DNA of 64,000 nt. Source: a virus. The notes below the pieces were generated by a model. The model saw only the letters and a list, made by a program, of their open reading frames with translations, had not been told where the DNA came from and made no database searches. Made by a program: the position numbers and the translations under genes. The DNA is taken from the IMG/VR virus record IMGVR_UViG_3300047300_000657, positions 3,929-67,928 of that record, one strand, 5' to 3'. This document shows positions 8,310 to 17,110 of this stretch, in pieces (position 1 is the stretch's first letter; every line of letters starts with the position of its first letter).

Positions 8310-9441
8310 TTAATTTTGCCATCCATATCGCCTTAGTTGTTGCAAGTTTATCTGCTGCTGCTTTTACAGTAGCATCATATTCTGCTTGCGCTGCTGCAAT
8401 TGCAGCATTTATTTCCGCTTGTAGGGCAGCCTTTGCTGCAGCATCTGCTGCAGCTTTTTGTGCTGCTAATTCTTCTGGAGTTGGTCCAGTTGGCGCAGTT
8501 GATGTAACTACTGGAGCAGGCCCACTCATAGCCTTATCTAAACTAATTAGCTTAGTAAATGTGCCCTGACGACCACGTGTTGGTACTGCTGTTGATGACA
8601 TCAAGTCTAGGATTTGTTTATGACCATACCCAAACTTAGACTTAATCTGAAGATAAATTGCTGCTGCAACCTGAGTAGCAGAAGAAGATCCAATTACATT
8701 CTTAACTACGTTACCTGGGCCAGCAACTGACCACTGCCCACGAGCAAAGAAGTCTAGCGTAGAATCATAATTTGAAGCGACTGCGATTTCTCCAATAGAG
8801 TCTGTGTGTCCAACAGAAACTGAATTTGTTAAACATCCTGGCCAATCTAGTCTCTGATAGTCTCTTCCATTTCCAGCTGGGAAAAATACTGGGATACCGT
8901 TTTGGTCTAAAGCATTGATCATATTGTATGTATTACTTTGATACTTAGGGCAATAATCTGTGCCGACAGCACCTAGGATATGATGACCCTGAGACATTGT
9001 TACCGCCTGAATGTTGTACTTAGAAGCATTTTGATTAACCCATTGTAATGCAGTAGATACTGTAGGGTCTACAGCAGTTGCAATTCTTGCACCAGTTTCA
9101 GTGCTTGGAATAATACGAATAAAAACAACATTAGCATTTGGGTTCTGCATTAAAAATGTAGATGTCATTTGTGTGCCGTGATCAAATCCATTAAGACTAA
9201 TTAGATTTGCAGGCATACTTGCTGCACCAGGTCCTTCTTGAAATAAAGAACCATTTGGGCATGCACCTTTTTGCAAAATGCATACCTCTTGAATAATTTT
9301 TCCCTGAAATGCAGGAAGAGACGTATCAATTGCTGTATCAAGAATAGCAACTGTAGGAGTAGCAGAATCCGCCTTTGCTACTGTATATGATGGCACAACA
9401 AGTGCCACTAGAGTTATTAGTGTTGTTAGCTTTTTGTTCAT
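8302..9441 (-). CDS. secreted subtilisin-like S8 serine protease
   Basis: signal peptide; AILDTAID, HGT, AGN and GSSSA motifs. Confidence 0.85.
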   Translation of the reverse strand: MNKKLTTLITLVALVVPSYTVAKADSATPTVAILDTAIDTSLPAFQGKIIQEVCILQKGACPNGSLFQEGPGAASMPANLISLNGFDHGTQMTSTFLMQNPNANVVFIRIIPSTETGARIATAVDPTVSTALQWVNQNASKYNIQAVTMSQGHHILGAVGTDYCPKYQSNTYNMINALDQNGIPVFFPAGNGRDYQRLDWPGCLTNSVSVGHTDSIGEIAVASNYDSTLDFFARGQWSVAGPGNVVKNVIGSSSATQVAAAIYLQIKSKFGYGHKQILDLMSSTAVPTRGRQGTFTKLISLDKAMSGPAPVVTSTAPTGPTPEELAAQKAAADAAAKAALQAEINAAIAAAQAEYDATVKAAADKLATTKAIWMAKLNG

Positions 9442-9471
9442 GCCTTAATTCTACTAAATATTAGCAGAATG

Positions 9472-9642
9472 TCAAGAGTTTTTCTGTATTTTTTTATACC
9501 ATTTGCCTGAGTCTAACTCAGGCGGGGTAACCATTCCCTGTGACTCTAATAAGTTAGTTATTGTCATTTGCATTAGCTCCATGATCATTTCCATGCGCTG
9601 GACGCTAAGCTCAAGTTGACGTAAACGTTCTGATTTTCTCAA
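9472..9642 (-). CDS. hypothetical coiled-coil protein
   Basis: ORF track; TTG start overlaps the upstream stop. Confidence 0.55.
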   Translation of the reverse strand: MRKSERLRQLELSVQRMEMIMELMQMTITNLLESQGMVTPPELDSGKWYKKIQKNS

Positions 9643-10001
9643 TTTGCTTCCTTGTCTATTGGTGTTGGGGCTGTTGCTATGCTTCCGCAATTAGCACATT
9701 CCATATCTAAAAAATAATTTGCTATCTGATAGTCATCAAAACAAACCTTTAGATTCCATACGTCGCATCCGCATGCACAAACATGTGTTGGCGTTCCTCT
9801 TAGGTCCATTGCATGACTGTAGTCCTGTGGCCTAAAAAATAGCTTTCTTGCTTTTTGATCCGCTTCTTCAAACTGGCGTTCTTGACGAGCTTCTTCCTCT
9901 AAGTTAATGTAGTATAACCCAAAATCATAACGCTTTCTAAAATTGTTGTATAAAGCTGATGATATAATTCCTACAAAAATCCATCCCAAGAACTTTTTCA
10001 T
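9639..10001 (-). CDS. membrane-anchored zinc-ribbon protein
   Basis: N-terminal hydrophobic helix; CACG...CANCG. Confidence 0.65.
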   Translation of the reverse strand: MKKFLGWIFVGIISSALYNNFRKRYDFGLYYINLEEEARQERQFEEADQKARKLFFRPQDYSHAMDLRGTPTHVCACGCDVWNLKVCFDDYQIANYFLDMECANCGSIATAPTPIDKEAN

Positions 10002-10016
10002 AAAATAATTATACCA

Positions 10017-10574
10017 TTATACTTGAATGTATGTAAATGGTGGCGCAACTGCCATATTAAACTCACTTGCTGCTTCTAATGCAGCTTTTAATCTAAGCTT
10101 AGGATTCTTCTGATTTTTTGTTGCATATAATGCTCCAAGTGCAACCTGACCACCGCTTCCCTCTGCCATGAAGTTAAAAACATTTTCTCCTACATGAAAG
10201 TCTTCATCTACGGTAAAGATTCTACCCTCAACTCCTACGATAAAGATTCCACCCGTATCTTCTTCTGAAGAAGACCCAATGCTTCCGTAACCGTTATCTT
10301 TGAACGCTTGCTTAACTGAATCAATAAACTTGGTTCTCATAAATTTGTCTAACCCAGAGTTTGTTTTCGTTGGAGTGTACTTTGGTGGTGTCCAGGAATA
10401 CTGCAAGATTTGACCCATGCGAAATGAATCTGTGAATGCAATTCCGTATTGTCCAACTTTAAAGCACTTTGGTTCTTTACGGGACAGGATCCATCCAGTT
10501 TTGTCATCTGATGCTGCATGGTCTGATCCCATGTACACCACACCATTTTGAGCAATAGCTACGATACAGGTCAT
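10017..10574 (-). CDS. Ntn-hydrolase, proteasome-beta/HslV-like protease
   Basis: N-terminal MTCIVA (Thr nucleophile), GSD, EGSG...ALGAL. Confidence 0.8.
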   Translation of the reverse strand: MTCIVAIAQNGVVYMGSDHAASDDKTGWILSRKEPKCFKVGQYGIAFTDSFRMGQILQYSWTPPKYTPTKTNSGLDKFMRTKFIDSVKQAFKDNGYGSIGSSSEEDTGGIFIVGVEGRIFTVDEDFHVGENVFNFMAEGSGGQVALGALYATKNQKNPKLRLKAALEAASEFNMAVAPPFTYIQV

Positions 10575-10606
10575 GGTTCTAGTATACTAAATAAAAAATT
10601 AAAGTG

Positions 10607-10921
10607 CTAGTCTTCTAAATTTTCAGCGTGAATTTCAAGGTGCGTGAGCTTAACTAAGGTTTCTTCAAGCTCAGACCTTACGGAAATTAATTCCTGCAGG
10701 GCTTCATAATATTTACCCTTCCATTCATCTAAATCTTTTTCTAATTTATAGAGTTTTATTTGCAGATCTTTTAATTCTAATTTAAGATCAGATTGAGCTT
10801 TTTCTTCTGCTCTTTTTAACTCTATTGATTTAGCTTTTTTTTGATTATAAAAAGCAGTAACAAGTCCGCTCAGCAATGACGCAGAGATTGTTAATATAAT
10901 CTGTGTGGAAGTTATATTCAT
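10607..10921 (-). CDS. membrane-anchored coiled-coil protein
   Basis: N-terminal TM helix plus heptad repeats. Confidence 0.65.
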   Translation of the reverse strand: MNITSTQIILTISASLLSGLVTAFYNQKKAKSIELKRAEEKAQSDLKLELKDLQIKLYKLEKDLDEWKGKYYEALQELISVRSELEETLVKLTHLEIHAENLED

Positions 10922-10951
10922 GGTATATTAATTATACCCTAATAATGATTA

Positions 10952-11188
10952 TTAAACTAATAATTCAGAGGCAGTTATTTCATCTCCGTGATACTTCTTT
11001 TTCATAACAAATTCTTTAACAGCATCTGAACCATTTTGTCTTCCAGCCAATATTACAACCCATCTAGGCTCAAATTTTGAAGTATGGCAAGTTTCGCACA
11101 TTAATAAATTAATTGGAAGTAGCTGTGACTTCTTTACAGATAGCTGATTTTTGCTTTTATTACATGAATAACAAAGAACTTTTTCCAT
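10952..11188 (-). CDS. zinc-finger hypothetical protein
   Basis: CYSC...CETC. Confidence 0.7.
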   Translation of the reverse strand: MEKVLCYSCNKSKNQLSVKKSQLLPINLLMCETCHTSKFEPRWVVILAGRQNGSDAVKEFVMKKKYHGDEITASELLV

Positions 11189-11496
11189 TATTTTTTTCTC
11201 CCAGTGGTCGCTGGAACTCCTTCAAGCTCCACTCTTACTCCATATGATTCCAATATGTTTTTTACCATTTCTATATATTCTATTATTTTTACCTTTAATG
11301 ATCCATCGTATTGAATAAAATTATCTTCATAAAGCCTTATTGCAAGGAACTCAGGATACTTAACTATATCCATCTTTAAATTTCCCGCTGGTTTATTTAA
11401 TTCTCTTATCTTTTTAGCCATTTCTTTTGTATAAAATACTGGCTTGTTTGGCTCCCCAGTCCATTGATTTATTCCATACTTAAAGTGATCTGCCAT
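11188..11496 (-). CDS. hypothetical protein
   Basis: 102-aa ORF coupled to neighbours. Confidence 0.7.
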   Translation of the reverse strand: MADHFKYGINQWTGEPNKPVFYTKEMAKKIRELNKPAGNLKMDIVKYPEFLAIRLYEDNFIQYDGSLKVKIIEYIEMVKNILESYGVRVELEGVPATTGRKK

Positions 11497-11797
11497 GTTT
11501 TACTTTCAACTCTTTCCACACTGCCTTTGTTTTGTGTGCGTTTCTAACTTTATCTGACGAGCCAGAGTTTAGGTAAATTCCTCCCCAAACACCATAGCTG
11601 CTGTCTGATACTCCAGCGTCATAGCAAATATCTATTACTGGGCATGACAAACATGCATTGTCTATACTTTTTGCTATATTGATATCGGATTCATACTTAT
11701 CAAAAAATAAATTTGTGTCCATGCCCTTGCATAAAGCAAAATCATACCATTTTGCATCATCTTCATGGATGTTTAGATCATTTAAAATACTTGACAT
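11480..11797 (-). CDS. whiB: WhiB-family Fe-S transcription factor
   Basis: W...ALC.G.D..LFF...C..CPV...C...YGVWGG. Confidence 0.93.
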   Translation of the reverse strand: MSSILNDLNIHEDDAKWYDFALCKGMDTNLFFDKYESDINIAKSIDNACLSCPVIDICYDAGVSDSSYGVWGGIYLNSGSSDKVRNAHKTKAVWKELKVKHGRSL

Positions 11798-12008
11798 ATT
11801 TTTTAGGCAACTTCCATATACCTTGATCGTTTACAATTACTTTTTCAGATATACCCCAAGAGTTTCTAAACATTCCATGTTTATCTGTATAAGCATTAGG
11901 ATTATTTTTCCATATAATTAAATCGTAATTGTCCCAAAAAGATTCTTGGTTTTTATTTTGAAATCTTTTGATGAAGACTTCAACTCCTTGCATCGTTAAA
12001 TTAAGCAT
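11778..12008 (-). CDS. hypothetical protein
   Basis: 76-aa ORF downstream of a TTGACA/TATAAT promoter. Confidence 0.7.
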   Translation of the reverse strand: MLNLTMQGVEVFIKRFQNKNQESFWDNYDLIIWKNNPNAYTDKHGMFRNSWGISEKVIVNDQGIWKLPKKYVKYFK

Positions 12009-12078
12009 TTTACCCTGTCTAATAAGTCCGCCTAATTAGTAATATAATTATACACCAATTAGGCGGAGCCTGTCAATA

Positions 12079-12222
12079 CTATTTTTTATTTATTTTAACA
12101 ATATTAACTTTTTTAATTTCATCATCAACATTAAAGATATCGTTGACATAATCAACTGCATCTTCAGCACTAAATGCTTCGACTTCTATGTCTACATCTA
12201 GTTTAATGCGATACTTGTCCAT
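12079..12222 (-). CDS. 47-aa hypothetical protein (not in ORF track)
   Basis: MDKYRIKLDVDIEVEAFSAEDAVDYVNDIFNVDDEIKKVNIVKINKK. Confidence 0.6.
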   Translation of the reverse strand: MDKYRIKLDVDIEVEAFSAEDAVDYVNDIFNVDDEIKKVNIVKINKK

Positions 12223-12224
12223 GT

Positions 12225-12803
12225 TTATTTTTTCTTAGCTGGAGCCTTTTTAACTGGGGCAGCTTTCTTTGCTGGGGCAGCTTTCTTTGCTGCTGCTTTA
12301 GGGGCTGGAGCATCCCAATCTGGACGAGCTACTGCCATTACTAGGCTATATGCTCTTTTCTTTTTATAAACTCCATCGCCATTAGCCTGGCTTCCCTTTT
12401 TATCTCCAGAAGTATTTCCTTCATATGTGATCAAGTTTTTTCCATCATTAGATACAACAATACCTACGTGCTCAGTATCTGTTGGGTTCTTGTCAAAATT
12501 AAAGAATACAACGTCACCTGGCTCTGCCTGTCCAATAGGAACAATTCTCTTATTCTTTGCAAACCATTGAGCTCCCGCATCACATGAAGCAAAACCTTTT
12601 TTTGTTGAAGCTGCAACAAGATGAACTAGTCCTGCGTCATCAAAACATCCTGATACAAACATTGCACACCAAGGCTGGTGGTTTAGGCCGTAACGTTTAC
12701 CAAAAATAGTATCGTTGTTTGGTCCTTCTGAATACCCTTCATCAGCATATTTCTTTGCTGCTGCTAATACTTTTATAGCATTTGGGTGTCTGGTCTCTGC
12801 CAT
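12225..12803 (-). CDS. CHAP-domain cell-wall hydrolase (endolysin) with PAKK-repeat tail
   Basis: PWCAMFVS, PGDVVFF, HVGIV, EGNT; start trimmed to the ATG behind AGGAG. Confidence 0.88.
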   Translation of the reverse strand: MAETRHPNAIKVLAAAKKYADEGYSEGPNNDTIFGKRYGLNHQPWCAMFVSGCFDDAGLVHLVAASTKKGFASCDAGAQWFAKNKRIVPIGQAEPGDVVFFNFDKNPTDTEHVGIVVSNDGKNLITYEGNTSGDKKGSQANGDGVYKKKRAYSLVMAVARPDWDAPAPKAAAKKAAPAKKAAPVKKAPAKKK

Positions 12804-12868
12804 TTTATCTCCTAATATATTACTTTCCTTGCATGCCAAGGTATAGGACTATTATAGCATTTAATCGA

Positions 12869-13159
12869 CTAGTTTGAAGCTTTTTTATCTACGGCTGTAA
12901 ATGCTGCATTAATTTCTTCAATAGTTAATTTTCCATCATCTAAAAATCCACGTGCCAGTTTTTCAACTACTGAGGCAACACCAAGAGTTCCAGCCAATAT
13001 TACGGCTTTGGCTGTGCTAATTCCCACAACTGCTCCCGCTCCAATAACTGATAGTCCTGATGCTGCAAATACTGCAACAATTCTAGCAAGAATATTGTTT
13101 ATGCTTGCTATTGCTCCTCCACCAACATGTGTGGGCTCTTCAATATTTTTCTTTGCCAT
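12869..13159 (-). CDS. small membrane protein, holin candidate
   Basis: hydrophobic helices; directly upstream of the endolysin. Confidence 0.55.
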   Translation of the reverse strand: MAKKNIEEPTHVGGGAIASINNILARIVAVFAASGLSVIGAGAVVGISTAKAVILAGTLGVASVVEKLARGFLDDGKLTIEEINAAFTAVDKKASN

Positions 13160-13160
13160 T

Positions 13161-13328
13161 TTATTCCTCCTTATTTCTTATTGGATAAGTTACAATCCAT
13201 GCAATAAATGTACATACAATTGCATAACCTACCACTGTTTTAGCAGAACCATCTAGAACAACCCAGGCAATAAACATGCCAAGAAGTGTCCATAACTGGT
13301 CTATCATATCTTTGAGTAGTTTTACCAT
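13161..13328 (-). CDS. 55-aa two-TM membrane protein (not in ORF track)
   Basis: MVKLLKDMIDQLWTLLGMFIAWVVLDGSAKTVVGYAIVCTFIAWIVTYPIRNKEE. Confidence 0.7.
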   Translation of the reverse strand: MVKLLKDMIDQLWTLLGMFIAWVVLDGSAKTVVGYAIVCTFIAWIVTYPIRNKEE

Positions 13329-15511
13329 CTTTCATTCCTCCTTGAACCACCAGAATTTGTTCCACTTGCTGATCCACCGCCAGACGGAGCACTTGGTGCC
13401 CCTCCACCAGTAGTCAAACCTACAGCATTTAATGCTGCTCCTGTTGCAACTACAGTTGCCACAACCATCTTGGTCGCCTCTTCTCTTTCTTCTGGAGTCA
13501 TGTCTGCCCCAATACTTCCAAGCGCTGCTAATGCTGCACCTGGATCAGTTAATGCTGTTGCTAATAATGCTCCTGGATCTTGAACTAATTCAACGTTTGC
13601 TGCCACCTCAGCGGTAATAATAAGTGGGTTACCACTTTCGTCAGTACGAATTTCCACTGGTGTTGCTGGTGGCAGATCAGAATAAGAGACTCCAGATGCT
13701 TGAACTTGCGCTGCTGAGATTGATTCCCCTGGCTTAAGATTTGCTACCAAAGATGATACGACTTCTTTAATTTCTTCTTTAGATAATTCTTTTCCTGCTT
13801 TGGCTTCTTCTGTTAATTTATCTAATCTTTCTTGTTCCGCTTTTGCAGCATCTTCTTCTGCCTTGGTTTTGGCTGCTTCTTCTTTTGCTTTGGCTTCTTC
13901 TTCAGCCCTTTTTTCTTCTAATGCTTTTGCCTCTGCTTCAGCCTTTGCTTTATCTTCTGCTTCTTGCTTAGCCTTTGCTTCTGCTTCCTCCGCAGCCTTT
14001 AACTCTGCTTCCAAACGTTCTGCTTCAGCCTTAGCCTCAGCATCTGCTTTTGCCTTAGCCTCTTCCTCTGCCTTTTTAGCAGCCTCTTCTGCAGCAATTC
14101 TTTCTGCCTCTAATCTTTTTGCTTCTTCTTCAGCAGCAATTCTTTCTGCCTCTGCTTTTGCTGCAGCCTCTGCTGCTGCTTTTGCTTCTGCTTCCGCTTT
14201 TGCTTTGGCTGTTTCAGCAGCAATTCTAGCCTGCTCTGCTTCATAGGCTTGTTGTGCAGCAACTCTTGCAGCCTCTGCTGCTATTGCTGCTTGCCTAGCA
14301 ATCTCTGCCTGTCTTGCTGCTTCTGCGATCCTTGCTCTTTCTGCTTCTTCTGCAGCAAGTGTTTGAGAAACAACTTCTTGTGCTGACGCTACATTATTAT
14401 TCATTACTGCCACTGCAGCCTGTACTACTACCACTGCATTTGTTAGGTTTTCTTGAGCAGTTGTTAAGTTTTGTTGTGCTGTTGTTAGGTTTTGTTGTGA
14501 GGTTTGTAAATCATTGTTAAGTATTTGTAAGGTTTGCTGTGCAACCTCAAGGTTTGTTTGTGCTGCCTGAAGTGTTTGAATTTGTTCTGGTGTTGCACTA
14601 GATGTGTTGAACTCAGATCCTGGAATTAATACCCAGCCCGTACCTGTATTTTTATACAAGGAGACATTTGCTCCTCCACCATTTTCATAAAACCATAGTA
14701 TAAAATCTTTACCTATTCCTGCAGTAGTTTGAACTCCTACGACAGACCCCCCGCCACCTTTGTCATACCAATCATTTATTACAAGCTGATTGTCTAAATA
14801 TAACCTTACCCCATCATCTGCTGGGGCATGAAGATACGTTGTTCCTGTATAAGTTGGTGTCCAAATGCCTTCCCATTTAACTTGAAAATCTTCAGGGTAC
14901 GTATTGGCTGGACCACCACCGCCCCACTGTTCATTAATTCCATTTGTATCAGTAGTGGTAGAAACTACCTGACCTGCACCTAGTGGAGGTGCATTATTAT
15001 ATCCAATATCTTGATAGACGGTGGCCGTTAAACCAGGGCTGGTGTTTGCTTCGACTACTGCAGTTGCAGATTCTACAACCTGTGTTTTGTCTACAACAAC
15101 TGCTGTCTGCGAGTCTACTGCTGTCTGAGAAACCTGTACATTTTCTTGTGCCACTTGAACTGAAACAGTTGCACTACCAACTTGTATAATAACTGCAGTA
15201 GCACTATCTACTGCTGCTTGAGCTTGAGAGATAGAATTTTGAGCTTGCTCAATAGTGGCTGTGATAGTCTCTGTAGGACTTGCTATGGCTTCCGCTTGAA
15301 CCTGTATTTGCGCTGTTGCTGTTTCAGCTTGATCGATTGCACTCTGTGCTGTTTCAATAATTACTGACGGTGTTGCAGATGTAACTGTAGAGCTATCAGA
15401 TGGAGATACCTGTACAGTTATTTCATCACTAAAAGACTGTTCTGGTGGGATAAAGAATAGCCAGCCTATTACAAAAAGGCTGAATAAAGCTAACTTTATC
15501 TTTCTAGTCAA
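13322..15511 (-). CDS. PA14-domain surface protein with long Ala/Glu/Lys coiled-coil stalk
   Basis: signal/TM N-terminus; EDFQVKWEG...ADDGVRLYLD...INDW...YENGGGA; AEAE repeats. Confidence 0.85.
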   Translation of the reverse strand: MTRKIKLALFSLFVIGWLFFIPPEQSFSDEITVQVSPSDSSTVTSATPSVIIETAQSAIDQAETATAQIQVQAEAIASPTETITATIEQAQNSISQAQAAVDSATAVIIQVGSATVSVQVAQENVQVSQTAVDSQTAVVVDKTQVVESATAVVEANTSPGLTATVYQDIGYNNAPPLGAGQVVSTTTDTNGINEQWGGGGPANTYPEDFQVKWEGIWTPTYTGTTYLHAPADDGVRLYLDNQLVINDWYDKGGGGSVVGVQTTAGIGKDFILWFYENGGGANVSLYKNTGTGWVLIPGSEFNTSSATPEQIQTLQAAQTNLEVAQQTLQILNNDLQTSQQNLTTAQQNLTTAQENLTNAVVVVQAAVAVMNNNVASAQEVVSQTLAAEEAERARIAEAARQAEIARQAAIAAEAARVAAQQAYEAEQARIAAETAKAKAEAEAKAAAEAAAKAEAERIAAEEEAKRLEAERIAAEEAAKKAEEEAKAKADAEAKAEAERLEAELKAAEEAEAKAKQEAEDKAKAEAEAKALEEKRAEEEAKAKEEAAKTKAEEDAAKAEQERLDKLTEEAKAGKELSKEEIKEVVSSLVANLKPGESISAAQVQASGVSYSDLPPATPVEIRTDESGNPLIITAEVAANVELVQDPGALLATALTDPGAALAALGSIGADMTPEEREEATKMVVATVVATGAALNAVGLTTGGGAPSAPSGGGSASGTNSGGSRRNERW

Positions 15512-15580
15512 CTGAGTTGACCTCCTAAGTAAAACAATATTTTTGTTTACTTAGTAATTATATCAGAATGTTAGTTTAAA

Positions 15581-15763
15581 CTACTTAGGATTATCTGTTT
15601 TATAAAACCCATTACCCTTAAACTGTACGCCAGTCGGTGTGTAGTGTCTACTCATTTCTTTGCTACAATTTTCACAAATTTGTGTTGGCCTATATTCTGA
15701 TATAGACATTGTAATAGGTATTATCTTATCTGTACACTCACATTTAAACTCGTATACTGGCAT
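15581..15763 (-). CDS. FmdB-family zinc-ribbon protein
   Basis: MPVYEFKC...CENC...FKG.GFY.TD. Confidence 0.85.
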   Translation of the reverse strand: MPVYEFKCECTDKIIPITMSISEYRPTQICENCSKEMSRHYTPTGVQFKGNGFYKTDNPK

Positions 15764-15966
15764 TACTTTCTTCCCCACTGAATATAATTCCAACCACGCT
15801 CATGTGCGTAGTAAATGAATATTTTAACCACTGTTTCCCAAAATGCAATTGCTCCTGAAAGAGTTGCATTTCCAGTAAGAACATAAGCAACAATAAAAGA
15901 TGATAGGGTTCCCCATATACGATAGCTCATTGCTTTTGCAAAAGATCTAGCTTTTGTTACTGTCAT
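15763..15966 (-). CDS. DUF2061-like small membrane protein
   Basis: RSFAKAMSYR...YYAHERGW. Confidence 0.8.
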   Translation of the reverse strand: MTVTKARSFAKAMSYRIWGTLSSFIVAYVLTGNATLSGAIAFWETVVKIFIYYAHERGWNYIQWGRK

Positions 15967-16169
15967 TCTTTACCCCACGACACCGAGTTCCATATTCTTT
16001 CATGGTAGTAGTAACAAACAAAATTAACTGCATTAGTTATGACTGTTGCCATTGTAGCCATATTTATGTCTTTGCTTAAGGCATAGAGAGTTATAAATGT
16101 TGTTAATAAAGCAATTACTCTCCATGTCATTGATTTAGCAAATGATCTTTTTTTAGAGACCTTCATCAT
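15963..16169 (-). CDS. DUF2061-like small membrane protein
   Basis: RSFAKSMTWR...YYYHERIW. Confidence 0.8.
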   Translation of the reverse strand: MMKVSKKRSFAKSMTWRVIALLTTFITLYALSKDINMATMATVITNAVNFVCYYYHERIWNSVSWGKE

Positions 16170-16240
16170 CTATATCCTCTTTAAACCAGTCTGAGTACAG
16201 TCGTGCTTCTGCATCTGCAATTTTATTGTCTAAAAATATA

Positions 16241-17002
16241 CTAAATACCCAATTCTTTACGCTTTTCAGTAGCGCTAATAGCATGAATTTTTTCCCCCAA
16301 ATCTATTTGTTCAATCTTGTATCCTACATCACGACCATAGACAATGTTTGTAATATTAGGTAGCCTTAAAACCATTGCTTGTTTCATAAAATCATCTTTA
16401 TCAATATAACCCTTTACCTGATCAAATGTAAGAGGATCCTTCTCACTGGTATTATATGTATTACGAACTCCAAGAAGAACTTGATTTGTTCGCTTACCAG
16501 CTTCTTTATACAAAGCATGATGACCTTCGTGCCATGGTTGGTATCTACCAAGCATGAGTGTTGTTGGGGCAGACCAATCATGGAGACCAAACTGATTAAT
16601 GATTGTTGATGCTTTTTGATCAGGGTCAAGCAAATGGCTTGGAAACCCAATATCATATTCAGACGGCTCTTCAAACATCTTATTTGTATCTTCAAATCTT
16701 CCTTGTTGAATTGTATACATGTAAACAAGAATGTCAGGTTTACCAAATGCCTCTCTTGTTTCTTTTGTTGGGCATACAAAATCTACAATTACTGGAGCAA
16801 CTCCCTGATTGGCAATAAGTCTTGCCATTTCTCCCATACGTCTTGCTTGCTCAATTCTATCTTCTTTTGTAAATCCTAAATCTGAATTTACTGTAGCACG
16901 AACTTCATCTGCGTTTAGATGAATTGCATTAATTCTTTCTTTTAAAGCTTTAGCAAGAAATGTTTTGCCAGAACCTGGTAGTCCTATAATTTGTATGATC
17001 AT
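16241..17002 (-). CDS. cysC: adenylylsulfate-kinase-like P-loop domain fused to an HxGH nucleotidyltransferase domain
   Basis: GLPGSGKT, LNADEVR...DLGF..EDR; C-terminal GRYQPWHEGH and ISAT. Confidence 0.75.
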   Translation of the reverse strand: MIIQIIGLPGSGKTFLAKALKERINAIHLNADEVRATVNSDLGFTKEDRIEQARRMGEMARLIANQGVAPVIVDFVCPTKETREAFGKPDILVYMYTIQQGRFEDTNKMFEEPSEYDIGFPSHLLDPDQKASTIINQFGLHDWSAPTTLMLGRYQPWHEGHHALYKEAGKRTNQVLLGVRNTYNTSEKDPLTFDQVKGYIDKDDFMKQAMVLRLPNITNIVYGRDVGYKIEQIDLGEKIHAISATEKRKELGI

Positions 17003-17020
17003 TTAAAATCTTTCTGTTTG

Positions 17021-17098
17021 GTGAGCAGTTTATTCACATGCTCAGGTGAATCCTAAGGCGTAACTATTGCCCGTGTCTCTCCGAACTCGGATCGACAC
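17021..17098 (-). ncRNA. structured leader RNA with H-type pseudoknot upstream of the cysC-like gene
   Basis: GTGTC/GACAC + TCCGA/TCGGA hairpin; ATTCAC/GTGAAT stem whose loop GAGCA pairs with downstream TGCTC; own GGTATAAT promoter. Confidence 0.55.
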
Positions 17099-17110
17099 TA
17101 TAATTATACC

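Noticed and set aside
13800-14360. Repetitive DNA tract
   Set aside because: Explained by Ala/Glu/Lys coiled-coil coding in the PA14 protein; not a DNA-level repeat array.
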